This document shows, one piece after another, positions 53,535 through 64,000 of a stretch of 64,000 bases of DNA. Positions within the stretch are counted from its first letter, which is position 1, and every line of letters begins with the position of its first letter. The position numbers and the translations under genes are program-made. Below the pieces are notes generated by a model. It was given only the letters and a program-made list of their open reading frames with translations, made no database searches and was not told where the DNA came from. This stretch comes from Eledone cirrhosa (Eukaryota), in assembly GCA_964016885.1 (NCBI GenBank), contig OZ024752.1, forward strand, positions 13,702,001 to 13,766,000, read 5' to 3'.

Positions 53535-56500
53535 TTCAGCTCCAAAGCACATCATCTGAAACACAGCATGGCCAAGGCTCTCTAGAAGTTGTCCATAGGC
53601 CCCGGGCTGAAAGTTCTGTTGAAGAGAGCGAACAGTTGATCGTCTTCGACGCCCAGGGTCTCCCCGAGAATGAGGTAGCCCCCCCCTCTAGCCCTCTATA
53701 GAACGCCAAGGTGGATGTTTCACCGATACTAGTGCCCAACTGGTAGAGGCCGGTGAGCGCTTGGCGACCACACCTGTTCACCGTCAAGGAAGCACCAGAG
53801 ATGTCGCAGCTTCAGCACATGTTTGCGCATCATCATCCACTGCATGCCCACTCTTCCACGCAACGGTTGTTGCCAGCAAATGGATCGTCTGACCATGGGA
53901 GCACGTCCCTTCCACAAAAGTGGAAGAGACGGCATTCCATTTTGGTCAGTTGAGGCGGGGGTATGGTACGACGGTCAGGTGGTAGCAGATGACGGATGCG
54001 ATGTGCGCATTCGCCACCTCCACCCGACCTTTCAGAGACTGCCTCCTCTCGGCCCATTTCTGGGCGAGAGGGGCCACCCTGCTCGTCACCTCGCTCCAGT
54101 TTTTCTCGATCTGGAGGTCCGAACCGAACCAGACCCCGAGCAATTTAACCGGTCCTTCCGTCCAACGCCCCACGAAGTTGTCGGACTGCATGGACTTGCC
54201 TATCCAGGTGCCGAGTTGCAAGACCACCGACTATTCCTTGTTTATCATTGCTCCTGTCACCGCTTCGTATTCCTTGAGAGCGGTGCCGAGCATCTGGGCG
54301 TATTTGGTCGTCGGCGTAAGCGGACCCGGATCTCCTGCATCCCAGTTCACGTGGGATCCCTTCATCGTCTCCAATTTGTGCAGAAACGACTCGAGGGCCA
54401 AATAGTACAAGAGGGACGAGAGGGGACAATCCTGGCGGACCGAGCACATGATGCTGAACGGCTGCGGCATGTGACCATTCACCTTCACTATCGAGCAGAT
54501 GTCACTGTGCATCGCAGCGATTCAGCCCCTAAAAACGGGCCCGAAGCCGGCCGCCTCGAGGACCGCAACCAGATGCCGATGGCCGACCCTATCAAATACT
54601 TTAGATTGATCGAAGATGATCAAGGCCCCACCCGTTCCCGGTTCCTTAATCACCCTCTCTATGATGTATCGCATGAGATGGAGGTTGTCGTGCATGGATC
54701 TGTCTGGAATGGCGCATGTCTGCGCCTCTCGCACCAGATCACCGACGACAAGCGCCAATCTCTTTACTAACACCTTGGCCAAAATCTTAAACTCTGCGTT
54801 TAGCAGAGTTATGGGTCTGAAGTTGTCTATAACGTCCCCCTTGTTCGGGTCTTTTCTCAGCAGCGCCACCGCTCCCCGGCTCACAAAAATGGGAATGCTC
54901 TGGTTCTGCTGCCAGTTGCAGTATATATCTGCCAAGTGGTAGCCGAACAAGTCTGGCATATACGCATAAAGCTCGTAGGGCAGACCATCCAGACCCGGCG
55001 ATTTAACCCTTGTGCAGTCAGACATCGCTTTCCGTATTTCACCTGCTGTTATCGGCTTTTCGCAGCACTGCGCTGCGGTCGTCGAGAACCACGGCAGTCC
55101 GTCGAGGTATACACCGAAGTCCATACTCCGATCCGGCCCACCGCCGCTCCCAAACAATTGAGTAAAGTGCTGTTGAAAAGTCGCACACATCTGCTCGGGT
55201 TCGAGCAACATGCGCCCCTTTTGATCAGGCAAAGACCGAATTGAGGCTTTGTTGCCATGTCGCGCCTCCACTACCCGGGCCCATTGAATGTCTTTCGTCC
55301 CTTCGTGTCTTAGAGCACGCGCTCTAGCTCTGACGACGCAGCCTTCATGCTTTGCGTTGAAGAATTGATCAAGTGCATATTTCGCTGCAAGCACGTCTGT
55401 TGCAATGCCTCTCCTAAACGCCTCTTCTAGCTTTCTAACTAACTCTCCCTCTACTCTATTTTCCCCTATCACTACTCCTTTGCTAAACTTTATCGAGTCT
55501 ACTCTAATAGCTCTTTTCATGGTAAACCACCACCTGTTGTTGATGATCGCACCCGTCAACGCACGCTTAACTAATTCGCTAATCCGGTCTTTGTAAGCTT
55601 TGCGCACCAAGAACGACACGTTCAGCTTCCAGTAACCGGGCCCTTGCCTATGGAGCCTATCTAAGTCAAATTCACAGATCACAAATGTGTGGTCCGTGTA
55701 GTCGACTACTTTAAATTGTGGACAACCTACACCAGCCTTATGTTTCCCTACAAAATACCCTATCTAAATACGATCTGGATGATCCGACGCGGTTTGCCCA
55801 TGTCCACATTGGCACATTCGGATAATCCAGTCTATACCTGTCAGATAATTCAAAACTTCTGACCAGGTTGTTGAGGCTTTTACACCCTCCTTCCCTATCT
55901 ACTAACCCCACATAATCCCAGCGTGCATCTAAGATACCGTTCCAGTCGCGCACTAACACTAAAGAGCAGGACGTTCCAAGAAAGGTCTCTAGACGTCTGA
56001 AGAAATCTGGCCGTCCTGCCCCTGTTGGGGCGTAGACGGCTACTAGCCTGAACGCATTGCCTTCGCTGCCCGTCACGCCCAACACCACCGACTTACCTTT
56101 TGGGCCCAGGAAGATGGCCCGTATGGCGAGATCCAAGCTTCTCTGAAAAAGCACAGCAACTCCATCTCCCGATCCTGGTCGGATGAGAGATGCGTATACA
56201 TCGTAGCCGCCGAAGATCAGTGCGAAGGCTCCTGCTTCGGAGATTCTGGTCTCGCTGATGGCCACCACATCTATGTTTAGTGACCTGAAGTCGTTGAGCA
56301 GGTGACTCTGCTTCCAAGATGATCCCAGGCCACGTACATTTACACTGCCTATTCTGAGTACGGCCATGCTGGGTGAGGAAAGGGTAAGTGAGAAAGGATC
56401 ACTTACTTTGATCGTGTGGGGAAGCGACAGTAGAACCGTCTCTTCGGCTGGTCATGGGTGTCTCTAAGATGATATCTGTATATATTTCTCTTGGAGAGTG

Positions 56501-57790
56501 ACACTCTGAAATCCCCATTTTTAATGACCCCCCCCCCCCATTGCTTTAATTGTTTAGTCTTCCAGTTTAATTTCAACAATTGTAATGTTTTGGGGTAATG
56601 TTCTTGGTGTTGGTGGGGTGTGGCAATTTAAGTCTGAAATATCGGTGTGCTGTTTTATATATTCCATTAGTCCTTTGTGTGCAGTGTTTATGGCTGTGTA
56701 CAATTTTTGGGTGGTGGTGGTGGTTTTGTTGCTGTTTTCTTGTTGTTGCTGTTGGGTGTGTGTGCTTTGTTGTGTTTGCGATGTTGCTGTTTGTAGTGAT
56801 GCTGATGGTGGTGTGATTGTTGTTGGTGGTGATGCTTGTGATGGTGGTGGCGTTGCTGCAAGTCGCCTTGCAGCTTTTACCCTTCTTTGTTTATCTACGC
56901 TTTTGGAGGGCGAAGCTAATTTTGTTTTTGTTTTTTGTGGCAGCCTTTTGCCACTTCACTGCCGCCTCATACTCCATGTCGGATTCCGTGGCGTCTGGGA
57001 GGGGTATGTGCTCCACGGCTGTTGTGCTCCACGACTTTGACCCTCACAATTTTCTGCCTGCAGTAGGACGGCACCAAGACTATCACCTCACTTTTTAGGG
57101 TTTCCAAAGAGTGAGGCTTCGCCTCTTGCGGGGTGGCTAAAAGTACGTCTACTGTGGCATACTTTCTGCCTCGGGTGATGTGGGTTTTGCGCGCTCAGAC
57201 GCACCCAAGGCCTTTTGGATGTGAGCATCCCTGGCTCTCTCCACCCAATGTGACATTTTGCTTACAGTGCGGTAAGACACCGTCCGTAGCTGCTGGTCCT
57301 TGAAAAAATCGGGTGGATGTTTCAGGGAAACTCTATTGTCATTTCTTGTCACCATGGCCCTTACGACTGCCATCTCCTCCTCTGTGACTAACACTGTTTC
57401 CTATATTTCGGGCCACACCTGCGAAAGAAGTGGCCCCCTTTTCAGCGGCACCATTATTGCTGTTGGTGCTGTTGCTACTGCTACAAATGGTGTTGTTGGT
57501 GTTGTTGCTGTTACCACTGTTGTAGTTGGGGTGGTCATTTAAAAAAAATTAGTGTTCTCAGTGTTGTCATTGCTGTCTTTGTTCACGTTGTTTGTGATGG
57601 TGTTTGTTGTATCAATTTCTGTGTTCGCTGTAACACTCCTCTCAACTTTTACGCAGTTGTCACACGACAGCAGACATATAACTGAGGGATGTGGCTCAGC
57701 CATGTATTTTTGATAAATTTAAAAATTAAAATGTTCAAATATTTGGGCCAAAAGGCCCAAATATACTTCCCCCTTCACAGGGAAAAGTCC
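53535..57790 (-). mobile_element. Older, decayed relative of the Tx1-like element
   Basis: ORF2 pieces 56367-55738, 55682-54522, 54512-53946 and beyond are clearly homologous to 36345-39764; ORF1 remnants (VSYRTVSK...IQKALG) at 57149-57394; 3' end missing. Confidence 0.93.
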
Positions 57791-58140
57791 ACGGGCATAT
57801 ATCCCTTACACAACAACAAAAATTAAACAATAAATAATTTGTGACGGGTAAATAAAGAGACTTACTGAGAACGAGCAAAAAGACGTCCGAACAGACCAAT
57901 AATAATAATGATAATAATAATAATAATGATAAAAAGTGTCCAGGGATGGTTAAAGAAAATTGGCCCCGCCACACTTTTTGGAACGCTTCAAAAGGCATGC
58001 TTGCTGGGAACAGCAAGAACCCTCCGATACGTCCTGAATATCTGAGGCTGCAGGTGGTTGCTTGATATTCATTTCAACAAGCTTTCCAGTTAACTAACAT
58101 CAATGACTGAGACTCAAAGAACAATAATGATAATAATAAT

Positions 58141-58323
58141 AATAACATTTTCTAATTTTGGCACAAGGCCAGCAATTATCCCAGTGTATTACTAGTGGTT
58201 TATTTTATCGACCCCGTAAGGATGCATGGCTAAGTTAACCTAGGCGGGATTTGAACTCATATCGTAAAGGGACGTAAGTCTGTTACAGAGCATGGTGTCC
58301 GACCCTCTACCGATACTACTAAT
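58141..58323 (-). mobile_element. SINE family B
   Basis: Family motifs; (ATT)n at the 3' end. Confidence 0.88.
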
Positions 58324-58341
58324 CAAAATAATAATAATAAT

Positions 58342-58430
58342 GATTTCTTTATTGGCCACAAGGGCTGACATCAAGAAAAACATTACAGACGGCACAGGAC
58401 GGTACGATGTGGGTTTTGTGCGTGTAAATA
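58342..58430 (-). mobile_element. 3' tip of a Tx1-like element
   Basis: Minus strand ends cccttgtggccaataaagaaatc-(ATT)n, like copies 1 and 2. Confidence 0.8.
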
Positions 58431-58504
58431 TGTTTATTATTTATATAAGAAAAGAAAAAAAAAGTACATAGAAACATATATATATAAACAATAATAATAA
58501 TAAT

Positions 58505-58875
58505 GATTTCATGTATTAACCACAAGGGCCGACATGTAGGGGACAATACAAAGACAGGGACAGTGGGGGTTTACAATAAGGTCGAGTAAAAGTGCACAAT
58601 GGCAAGACTAATTTAACAATGAAAATATAAAAATATAAAATAAACTATGCATAAATATAACAAAATAAATTCCCCGATAGGGGGTGGACAACCCTGGGGT
58701 GACTCGGGTACCCCACCAATCCTTAACCACCCTGCGCTTCTAGGGCACCCAGGGAGAGCACCCCTCTCCTCAAGTTAGCTAGCATATAGGTGCATGGTCA
58801 GAGTAGGCCCATTCACGCGAGCCATTCTCGCCACATTCACCCACCTTTTAGCAAATGTACTGGGGAGCAGCACTT
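58505..58875 (-). mobile_element. 5'-truncated Tx1-like copy
   Basis: Encodes KRWVNVARMARVNGPTL (ORF2 end) and ends cccttgtggttaatacatgaaatc-(ATT)n; (ATT)n also at the 5' junction. Confidence 0.85.
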
Positions 58876-58985
58876 ATAATAATAATAAATGAAACAAACA
58901 GGAGACTGTTGAAATAAATCAAGATCACTTCATGTTTTGATGTAATATTCTAGAATAAATTGAATCACACACACCCATGCCCACA

Positions 58986-59032
<47 letters not shown>

Positions 59033-59147
59033 ACTTAGATTATTACATTTTGAAACATTCCTTTCTCTTCTACACTCCATATTTCTTGTGTATAATTTGA
59101 AGTCTTACATTTTCTAATTTAATTTTATTATTTAATTTCTTCAGGCG

Positions 59148-59316
59148 ATGGATTAGCAGTATCGGTAGAGAGTCGGACGCCATGCTTTCCAGCAATTACG
59201 TCCTTTACGATCTGAGTTCAAATCCCGCCGAGGTTGACTTTGCCTTTCATCCTTACGGGGTCGATAAAATAAAGTACCAGTAATGCTTGCCTGGTGCCTA
59301 AAGTAGAAACAATTAT
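59148..59316 (+). mobile_element. SINE family B
   Basis: A and B boxes plus central motif. Confidence 0.9.
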
Positions 59317-59587
59317 TTAATTTCTTCACAATTCTTCAGTTTTATTCTATCGTCTGTAAAAACAATAAAATGTCAAGTACAAGATTGAACTTCCATGTGA
59401 AGTAAATAAATACTGAAATATTGATTTACACCTGTATGAGTGTTGGGCAGGATACGCATATATATATATATATATATATGTATATGTGTGTATGTATGTT
59501 ATATAAACAACAAAGGTGGGGTAAGTTACCAGGTGTACCATAACGCACCAGAGTACTCAATACTTATGGTAGTAGAGTGGGTAATAG

Positions 59588-59805
59588 GAAAAGAGTCAGG
59601 ACTCTGACGGCTGAGCTACGGTCGTTTCGACAGCTAGATCCAAACTAAGCCACCAGTATTAGAACGGTGGTAATCTAGCTGAACTTATCAAGGGGTACAG
59701 ACCATATATGGGCTTTGACTGCATACCCATGTAATACTGGTGGCTTAGATCTGAGTTATCCGTCTAAACGGCCGGAGCTCAGCCGTCGGGGTCCTGACTC
59801 TTTTC
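59588..59805. mobile_element. Foldback element carrying a hammerhead fold
   Basis: Inverted arms gaaaagagtcaggac...ctaagccaccagtatta / taatactggtggcttag...gtcctgactcttttc. Confidence 0.75.
59601..59696 (-). ncRNA. Hammerhead ribozyme with U3-A8 core variant
   Basis: ACCCC-TTGATAA-G..CAGCTAGAT/ATCTAGCTG.C-GAAA-CG(A/G)C...GCCG-TC-(AGAGT; GGGGT in the sister arm). Confidence 0.6.
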
Positions 59806-60020
59806 GTGTCTGTGTGTGTGTGTGTGTATATATATATATACACACGTGTGTGTGTGTGTAACTGAAGTTACAAGTGGTGCGCCGTTCGAAGCACTCAATG
59901 CTGTTACGGGGTCCGTCTCTGTGGGTCGCATTCCGGAGTTAAGGCGACTGTTGTGTGCAGCGTGTAAATAGATTAAGTATAATCGAAGTCAGTGTTGAAA
60001 CATATGTACAGACGTTATTG

Positions 60021-60108
60021 GCATATTACAATTGTTTCGATATCGATCAGCTCGGGGTACAATTAAGATGACGGGGCCTGATACATTCCGACATCTTGTC
60101 AGATAAGC
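60021..60108 (-). ncRNA. Hammerhead ribozyme with G8A change (CpG-type decay)
   Basis: gcttat-CTGACAA-GATGTCG/CGATATC-GAAA-CAATTG-TA-atatgc. Confidence 0.6.
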
Positions 60109-60129
60109 GAGTGCGTGTATGTATGTATG

Positions 60130-60160
<31 letters not shown>

Positions 60161-60164
<4 letters not shown>

Positions 60165-60790
60165 ATAAAAAATACAAGTTACGGGTGAGAGAGAGGACTA
60201 TCCGTCATCAGTTGTCTACTAGGAATCATAGGTATTTCTTCGCGTTAGAGACAATATACCTCAAACTAAGGCGAGTCAATAACTAAAATAAGTTATTGGG
60301 ATAAAGGAGGGGGGGGGGGTGAGAAAAAGATGTAAACAGACACGAATGGTGAAGCAACGTAAAGAGAGGAAAAATAGGGAAAATATCAAGTCAATATCTC
60401 ATTTCGAACATAAAAACGGGCGAATTTTGACGAGAGACAAAAGACACGCCTAGACAGTTTCAGTGTTAGCGAGAATAGAGACCGCGTACAGTGCTGGACG
60501 ATAGAGGAAGTGAGCTAGCGCAGAGAGAGGATGACTAGCAGAGAGGAGTGAGTGAAAGGGCGAGGAAGCAAGATAGTTATAGTGGGAGGAATGCCGAGAG
60601 GTGACTAGCAGAGGGAATGAGCGAAAGTAAGAGAGAGAGAGGATAGCAGGAAGGGGAGAGAAAAACCACGGGTCACAGCAAAGAGGGAAGTTTATATGAA
60701 TCAAAATGGCGAGCTGTGTTGTTGCAATTAAGTATAATAATAAAAAAAAATACAAGCTACGGGCGAGAGGGAGAGGACTATCCGTTATTA
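60161..60790 (-). mobile_element. Family X repeat with ~50-bp terminal direct repeats (period ~578 bp)
   Basis: aaatacaag.tacggg.gagag..agaggactatccgt occurs at ~60161-60206 and ~60735-60786. Confidence 0.7.
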
Positions 60791-60829
<39 letters not shown>

Positions 60830-60982
60830 TTAAGGATATAATATGACTGTAATCTTTGTATGTAAATTGCCATGCTATATTATTATAATGGATGTCAACC
60901 CACTGTGAGTCAATATATACATATGTTTCTATATGTCTCTTGTGTTGAAAAGGAGGTCAAGTATGTAAAAAATCAATGAATA

Positions 60983-61034
60983 ATTGCTCCGAAGACTCCA
61001 AACTTCGGTTTGGAAGAAACAATTGTAAGCCAAT
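60983..61034 (+). ncRNA. Minimal hammerhead ribozyme with U4C change
   Basis: attgct-CCGAAGA-c-TCCAAAC(TTCG)GTTTGGA-a-GAAA-CAATTG-TA-agccaat, overlapping AATAAA; in a ~245-bp insert (60828-61070) between (TA)n tracts. Confidence 0.65.
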
Positions 61035-61065
61035 AAATGATTTAAACAGAACTTTGATTCATGTA

Positions 61066-61110
<45 letters not shown>

Positions 61111-61115
<5 letters not shown>

Positions 61116-61160
61116 GGCTTCTACAGAACTAGAACAGGTCTAGTCCTGTAGAAGCCATTT
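61111..61160. repeat. Short hairpin in a TA tract
   Basis: aaatggcttctacag / ctgtagaagccattt 15-bp arms, extended by actaga/tctagt. Confidence 0.8.
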
Positions 61161-61279
61161 CTATATTAAATATATATATAATCTATGTATTGAGTACCTT
61201 ACTTACTGTGGTTTCCCCCGATTGAACCCGAGATAAATATATCTATATAAATATATATATATAGAGGGGGGGGGGGAGA

Positions 61280-61640
61280 CCAAACATTCCTGCCAGTGGG
61301 TCCTGTCTGAAGCAACCGACTCCAACTGATCCGGCTGCATCCCTAAACAATACCAGCCAACCTCATGGATGTTATCCAATCGATCTTGTCCGAGGTCTAC
61401 CTCTGAGTCTCTTCCTGGTTGGATTTGCCCGTAAAATCTCTCCAACGATCCTTTGCTGAGATGTTCTAACTAAATGCCCATGATATCGGAGCTGTGCTCT
61501 CTCTCAATTCCGAGAAGAAGCGGCTCTGCTTGGCGTGACTCTTTTCTCTTAGTGTCTATCCAATTTCACTAACAAAGCATCGGTTGACCCGAGACAATGC
61601 CAATCAGAATGGTCTAGAGCTTGCGAAGTGATCTTAACTT
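61280..61640 (-). mobile_element. Decayed RTE (Rex3/Expander-like) 3' fragment
   Basis: Broken frames IERAQLRYHGHLVR / RGRPRTR / LESVASDRTHW. Confidence 0.7.
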
Positions 61641-62788
61641 TTCGACCATGCTGCTCTGACAATGTAAATAAATACAGAAATGTTTATCTACATATACATT
61701 TAGTGATTCACTGTATAAGGGCCTCGCCCGCACGCACCCATACACCACACCATGACATGTACACACATAAATATAGATGTGTATATGTATGTGAAGAAAT
61801 GTTTAAAATTCAACAAGCTTAAACTCAATATGTTAACTATCTCTTCCTTTGCTCCTTTACTTTTCTAATTCAAATTTGTCGAGTTAGATTTTTTTCTTCG
61901 ATTCTATTCGTTCGTGCAGGATAAAAAATTGCAATACGCTTTGTTCTGGAATTGAATTAACTATATGCGAATTGGAATAAATTATGTGTCCAACATATGA
62001 AACTAAAACACATACATACATCTATACCTTTCTTTGAAGCATGTCTATGGGAATTTTTTAACATTTTCCTTATATTTTTCAAATTTATGAATCTTATTTT
62101 CTTATCGCTGAAAACTTTGTAACTAATTTCGTTTTTTATCGATTAGTCAGGGTGAAAGGCAGCACATTTGAACTTTTATATTCCTCTGAGTATGGTGAGA
62201 AGAATAAAAGTATCCTCTAAAACTGGTCTAATCCGAATTCTGGTAGATTCCCTTAATTTCTTTGGTCAATTAGGACATAACTTATCCCACACAGGGCGAC
62301 ACTCAACAATGAACAAATAACATTTATAGGTGTTCAATGGTCAAGACACATTTATAACGTTAGCGTGTCTGAAGGTGGAGTGAATACATTCCACGGTCTC
62401 AAAGAATTACTCGCAATATAACAAGGTCGAGTAAATATTGTGTAATCTGCACCACTAAAAATTACTGTTGTGTAAGAAGCGCGCAAGTACAGGACTCAAT
62501 ACTCAGTTCAATTCTCACTTTTTTCATATCAATTCACTTTAAGTAGGCTTCTATTGTCGTTATAAATACTCCCCAGGGTAGTGATTTCATATAGCCTCTA
62601 CTTCACATGACCTTCCCTTCTGGTAACTAGACAATGTGTTCAGATTACCAGGCGGTATAATGTAATTAACTTTGAATTACCTCTGGCTCAGCTTGAACGT
62701 AATTTAATCTTAACTCTTCAAATGTTTTTCAGTCTTCGTGTCTAATAAAACTAATAATATTAACATTATTAACAGAATCAAAGGGCAC

Positions 62789-62992
62789 GGGATTAGCAGT
62801 ATCGGTAGAGCGTCGGATAATATTTTGTGGCATAAAGTCACGGCACTTTACATTCTGCATTCCAATCCCGCTGAGGTTAGCTTTGCCTTTCATATTTACG
62901 TGGGTTGATAAAATAAAGTACCAGTAATGCTCTGGGGTCGATTTAATCAACCCCAGAAATGTTGGTTTTGAGCCTAAATCAGAAACGATTAT
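62789..62992 (+). mobile_element. SINE family B, old copy
   Basis: ggattagcagtatcggtagagcgtcgga...gcctttcat...gataaaataaagtaccag. Confidence 0.8.
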
Positions 62993-63299
62993 TGCCAGAA
63001 TCCGCCTGACAAAAGAAAAACAAAATAAATGTTTTCCTATCAACCATTATAATACGTGATGTGAATTTGTATATTTATTTATATATGTAGATCTCTGTAA
63101 TTCTTTAAAATTTACATACAATGCATTTCTCATCAAAGTCGTGTTGGTGTCTCAAGTCAGTAATCAACATAAGCAAAGGTTTCTTTTATGCAAACAATTA
63201 AGTTATCAAAACACAAATCTACTAGTTTGTACGATTGTTTAGAAGTGTGTGTCTGAAACATATACACCAAGTCCGAACACAAAGGAATAAAACTCTTAT

Positions 63300-63535
63300 C
63301 TGTATCTCTCTCATTCTCCCCATCTCTCACTATAATCAGAAACTGGGACGCCCACGCGCTGACCGCCTCGCAGCCTCGGCTTACAGAATAGAGAAGGCAT
63401 TTCTCCGGAGGATGGTGAGGGAGACGTGCTGGAAGAGCCATTCCAGCTCCCGAGGCTCACACCTGAATGTAGCCAACTCTGTGCCGATGGGGGTGAATAG
63501 GAAGTTGACCCTAGGGCCAAGGGCACCAGGATCCT
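63300..63535 (-). mobile_element. Second CRE-clade 3' fragment
   Basis: Minus strand reads ALGPRVNFLFTPIGTELATFRCEPRELEWLFQHVSLTILRRNAFSIL; homologous to 1840-2040. Confidence 0.7.
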
Positions 63536-63719
63536 CCTCTCGTGTAATCCTGATCATGTCATATCAACTGTGGACTAAAAAAAATTAAATAAGTTCGGTG
63601 CTATTGACCTCATTGCTGATAACACGGGTTCACTATGTATTTCTGAGTCTTTGATTGTCAAAATATAACAATTTAAAGGGGATATTTTATTTTTCAAAGG
63701 TGGAATAAAATTTTAACAT

Positions 63720-63885
63720 GTGGATGAATAATAGCCGAATGGTTAAGGAGCCCCCTTTGAAATCATCAAGCATTGGTTTCGTTCCCACAGCGTTGCATCT
63801 TGGATTAGTGCCATTCACTATAGTCGTGGATCGACTCCTGTCTCGTGATTTAAATTGGGTAGACGGAAAATGTTGAGAAGCCCGT
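63720..63885 (+). mobile_element. Decayed tRNA-derived SINE (third family)
   Basis: A-box TAGCCGAATGG, degenerate B-box ggtttcgttccc, 3' ggtagacggaaa...agaagcccgt. Confidence 0.5.
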
Positions 63886-64000
63886 TGGATGAACTGGAGC
63901 TATAAATCAGATGAGAAATATTTAAAGATTATCCACATCTATAGAATATTCAGCTACTTACACGTTAATCTCATTCATGAGCAGATTGTTTCGTTGATCG

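Overview
Eukaryotic, AT-rich, gene-empty window made almost entirely of microsatellites and transposable elements. The SINE and microsatellite landscape suggests a cephalopod (octopus-like) genome; this is inference. No host exon, rRNA, tRNA gene or CRISPR array is supported. Main contents: (1) a 5'-truncated CR1-group LINE with an intact APE-RT ORF2 (8710-11847, minus strand); (2) an intact RTE LINE (APE-RT-3xC2H2, 24224-27769) whose 3' UTR is split by (3) two head-to-tail, ~99.5% identical ~6 kb Tx1/L1-group elements sitting in (ATT)n tracts; (4) decayed Tx1, CR1, RTE, CRE and DD37D fragments; (5) Helitrons, MITEs and about 15 tRNA-derived SINEs; (6) long TA/TG compound satellites and a 200-N gap. 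Most interesting observations: at least seven type-I hammerhead-ribozyme folds of Penelope-like type in short elements of unrelated sequence embedded in microsatellites, including a ~330-bp palindrome with an intact core on each strand and a U3-A8 core variant; a probable -1 ribosomal frameshift joining CR1 ORF1 to an AUG-less ORF2; and apparent (ATT)n target specificity of the Tx1 family, with a covarying double hairpin in its 5' UTR. All structures and counts were read by eye and need computational and experimental confirmation.
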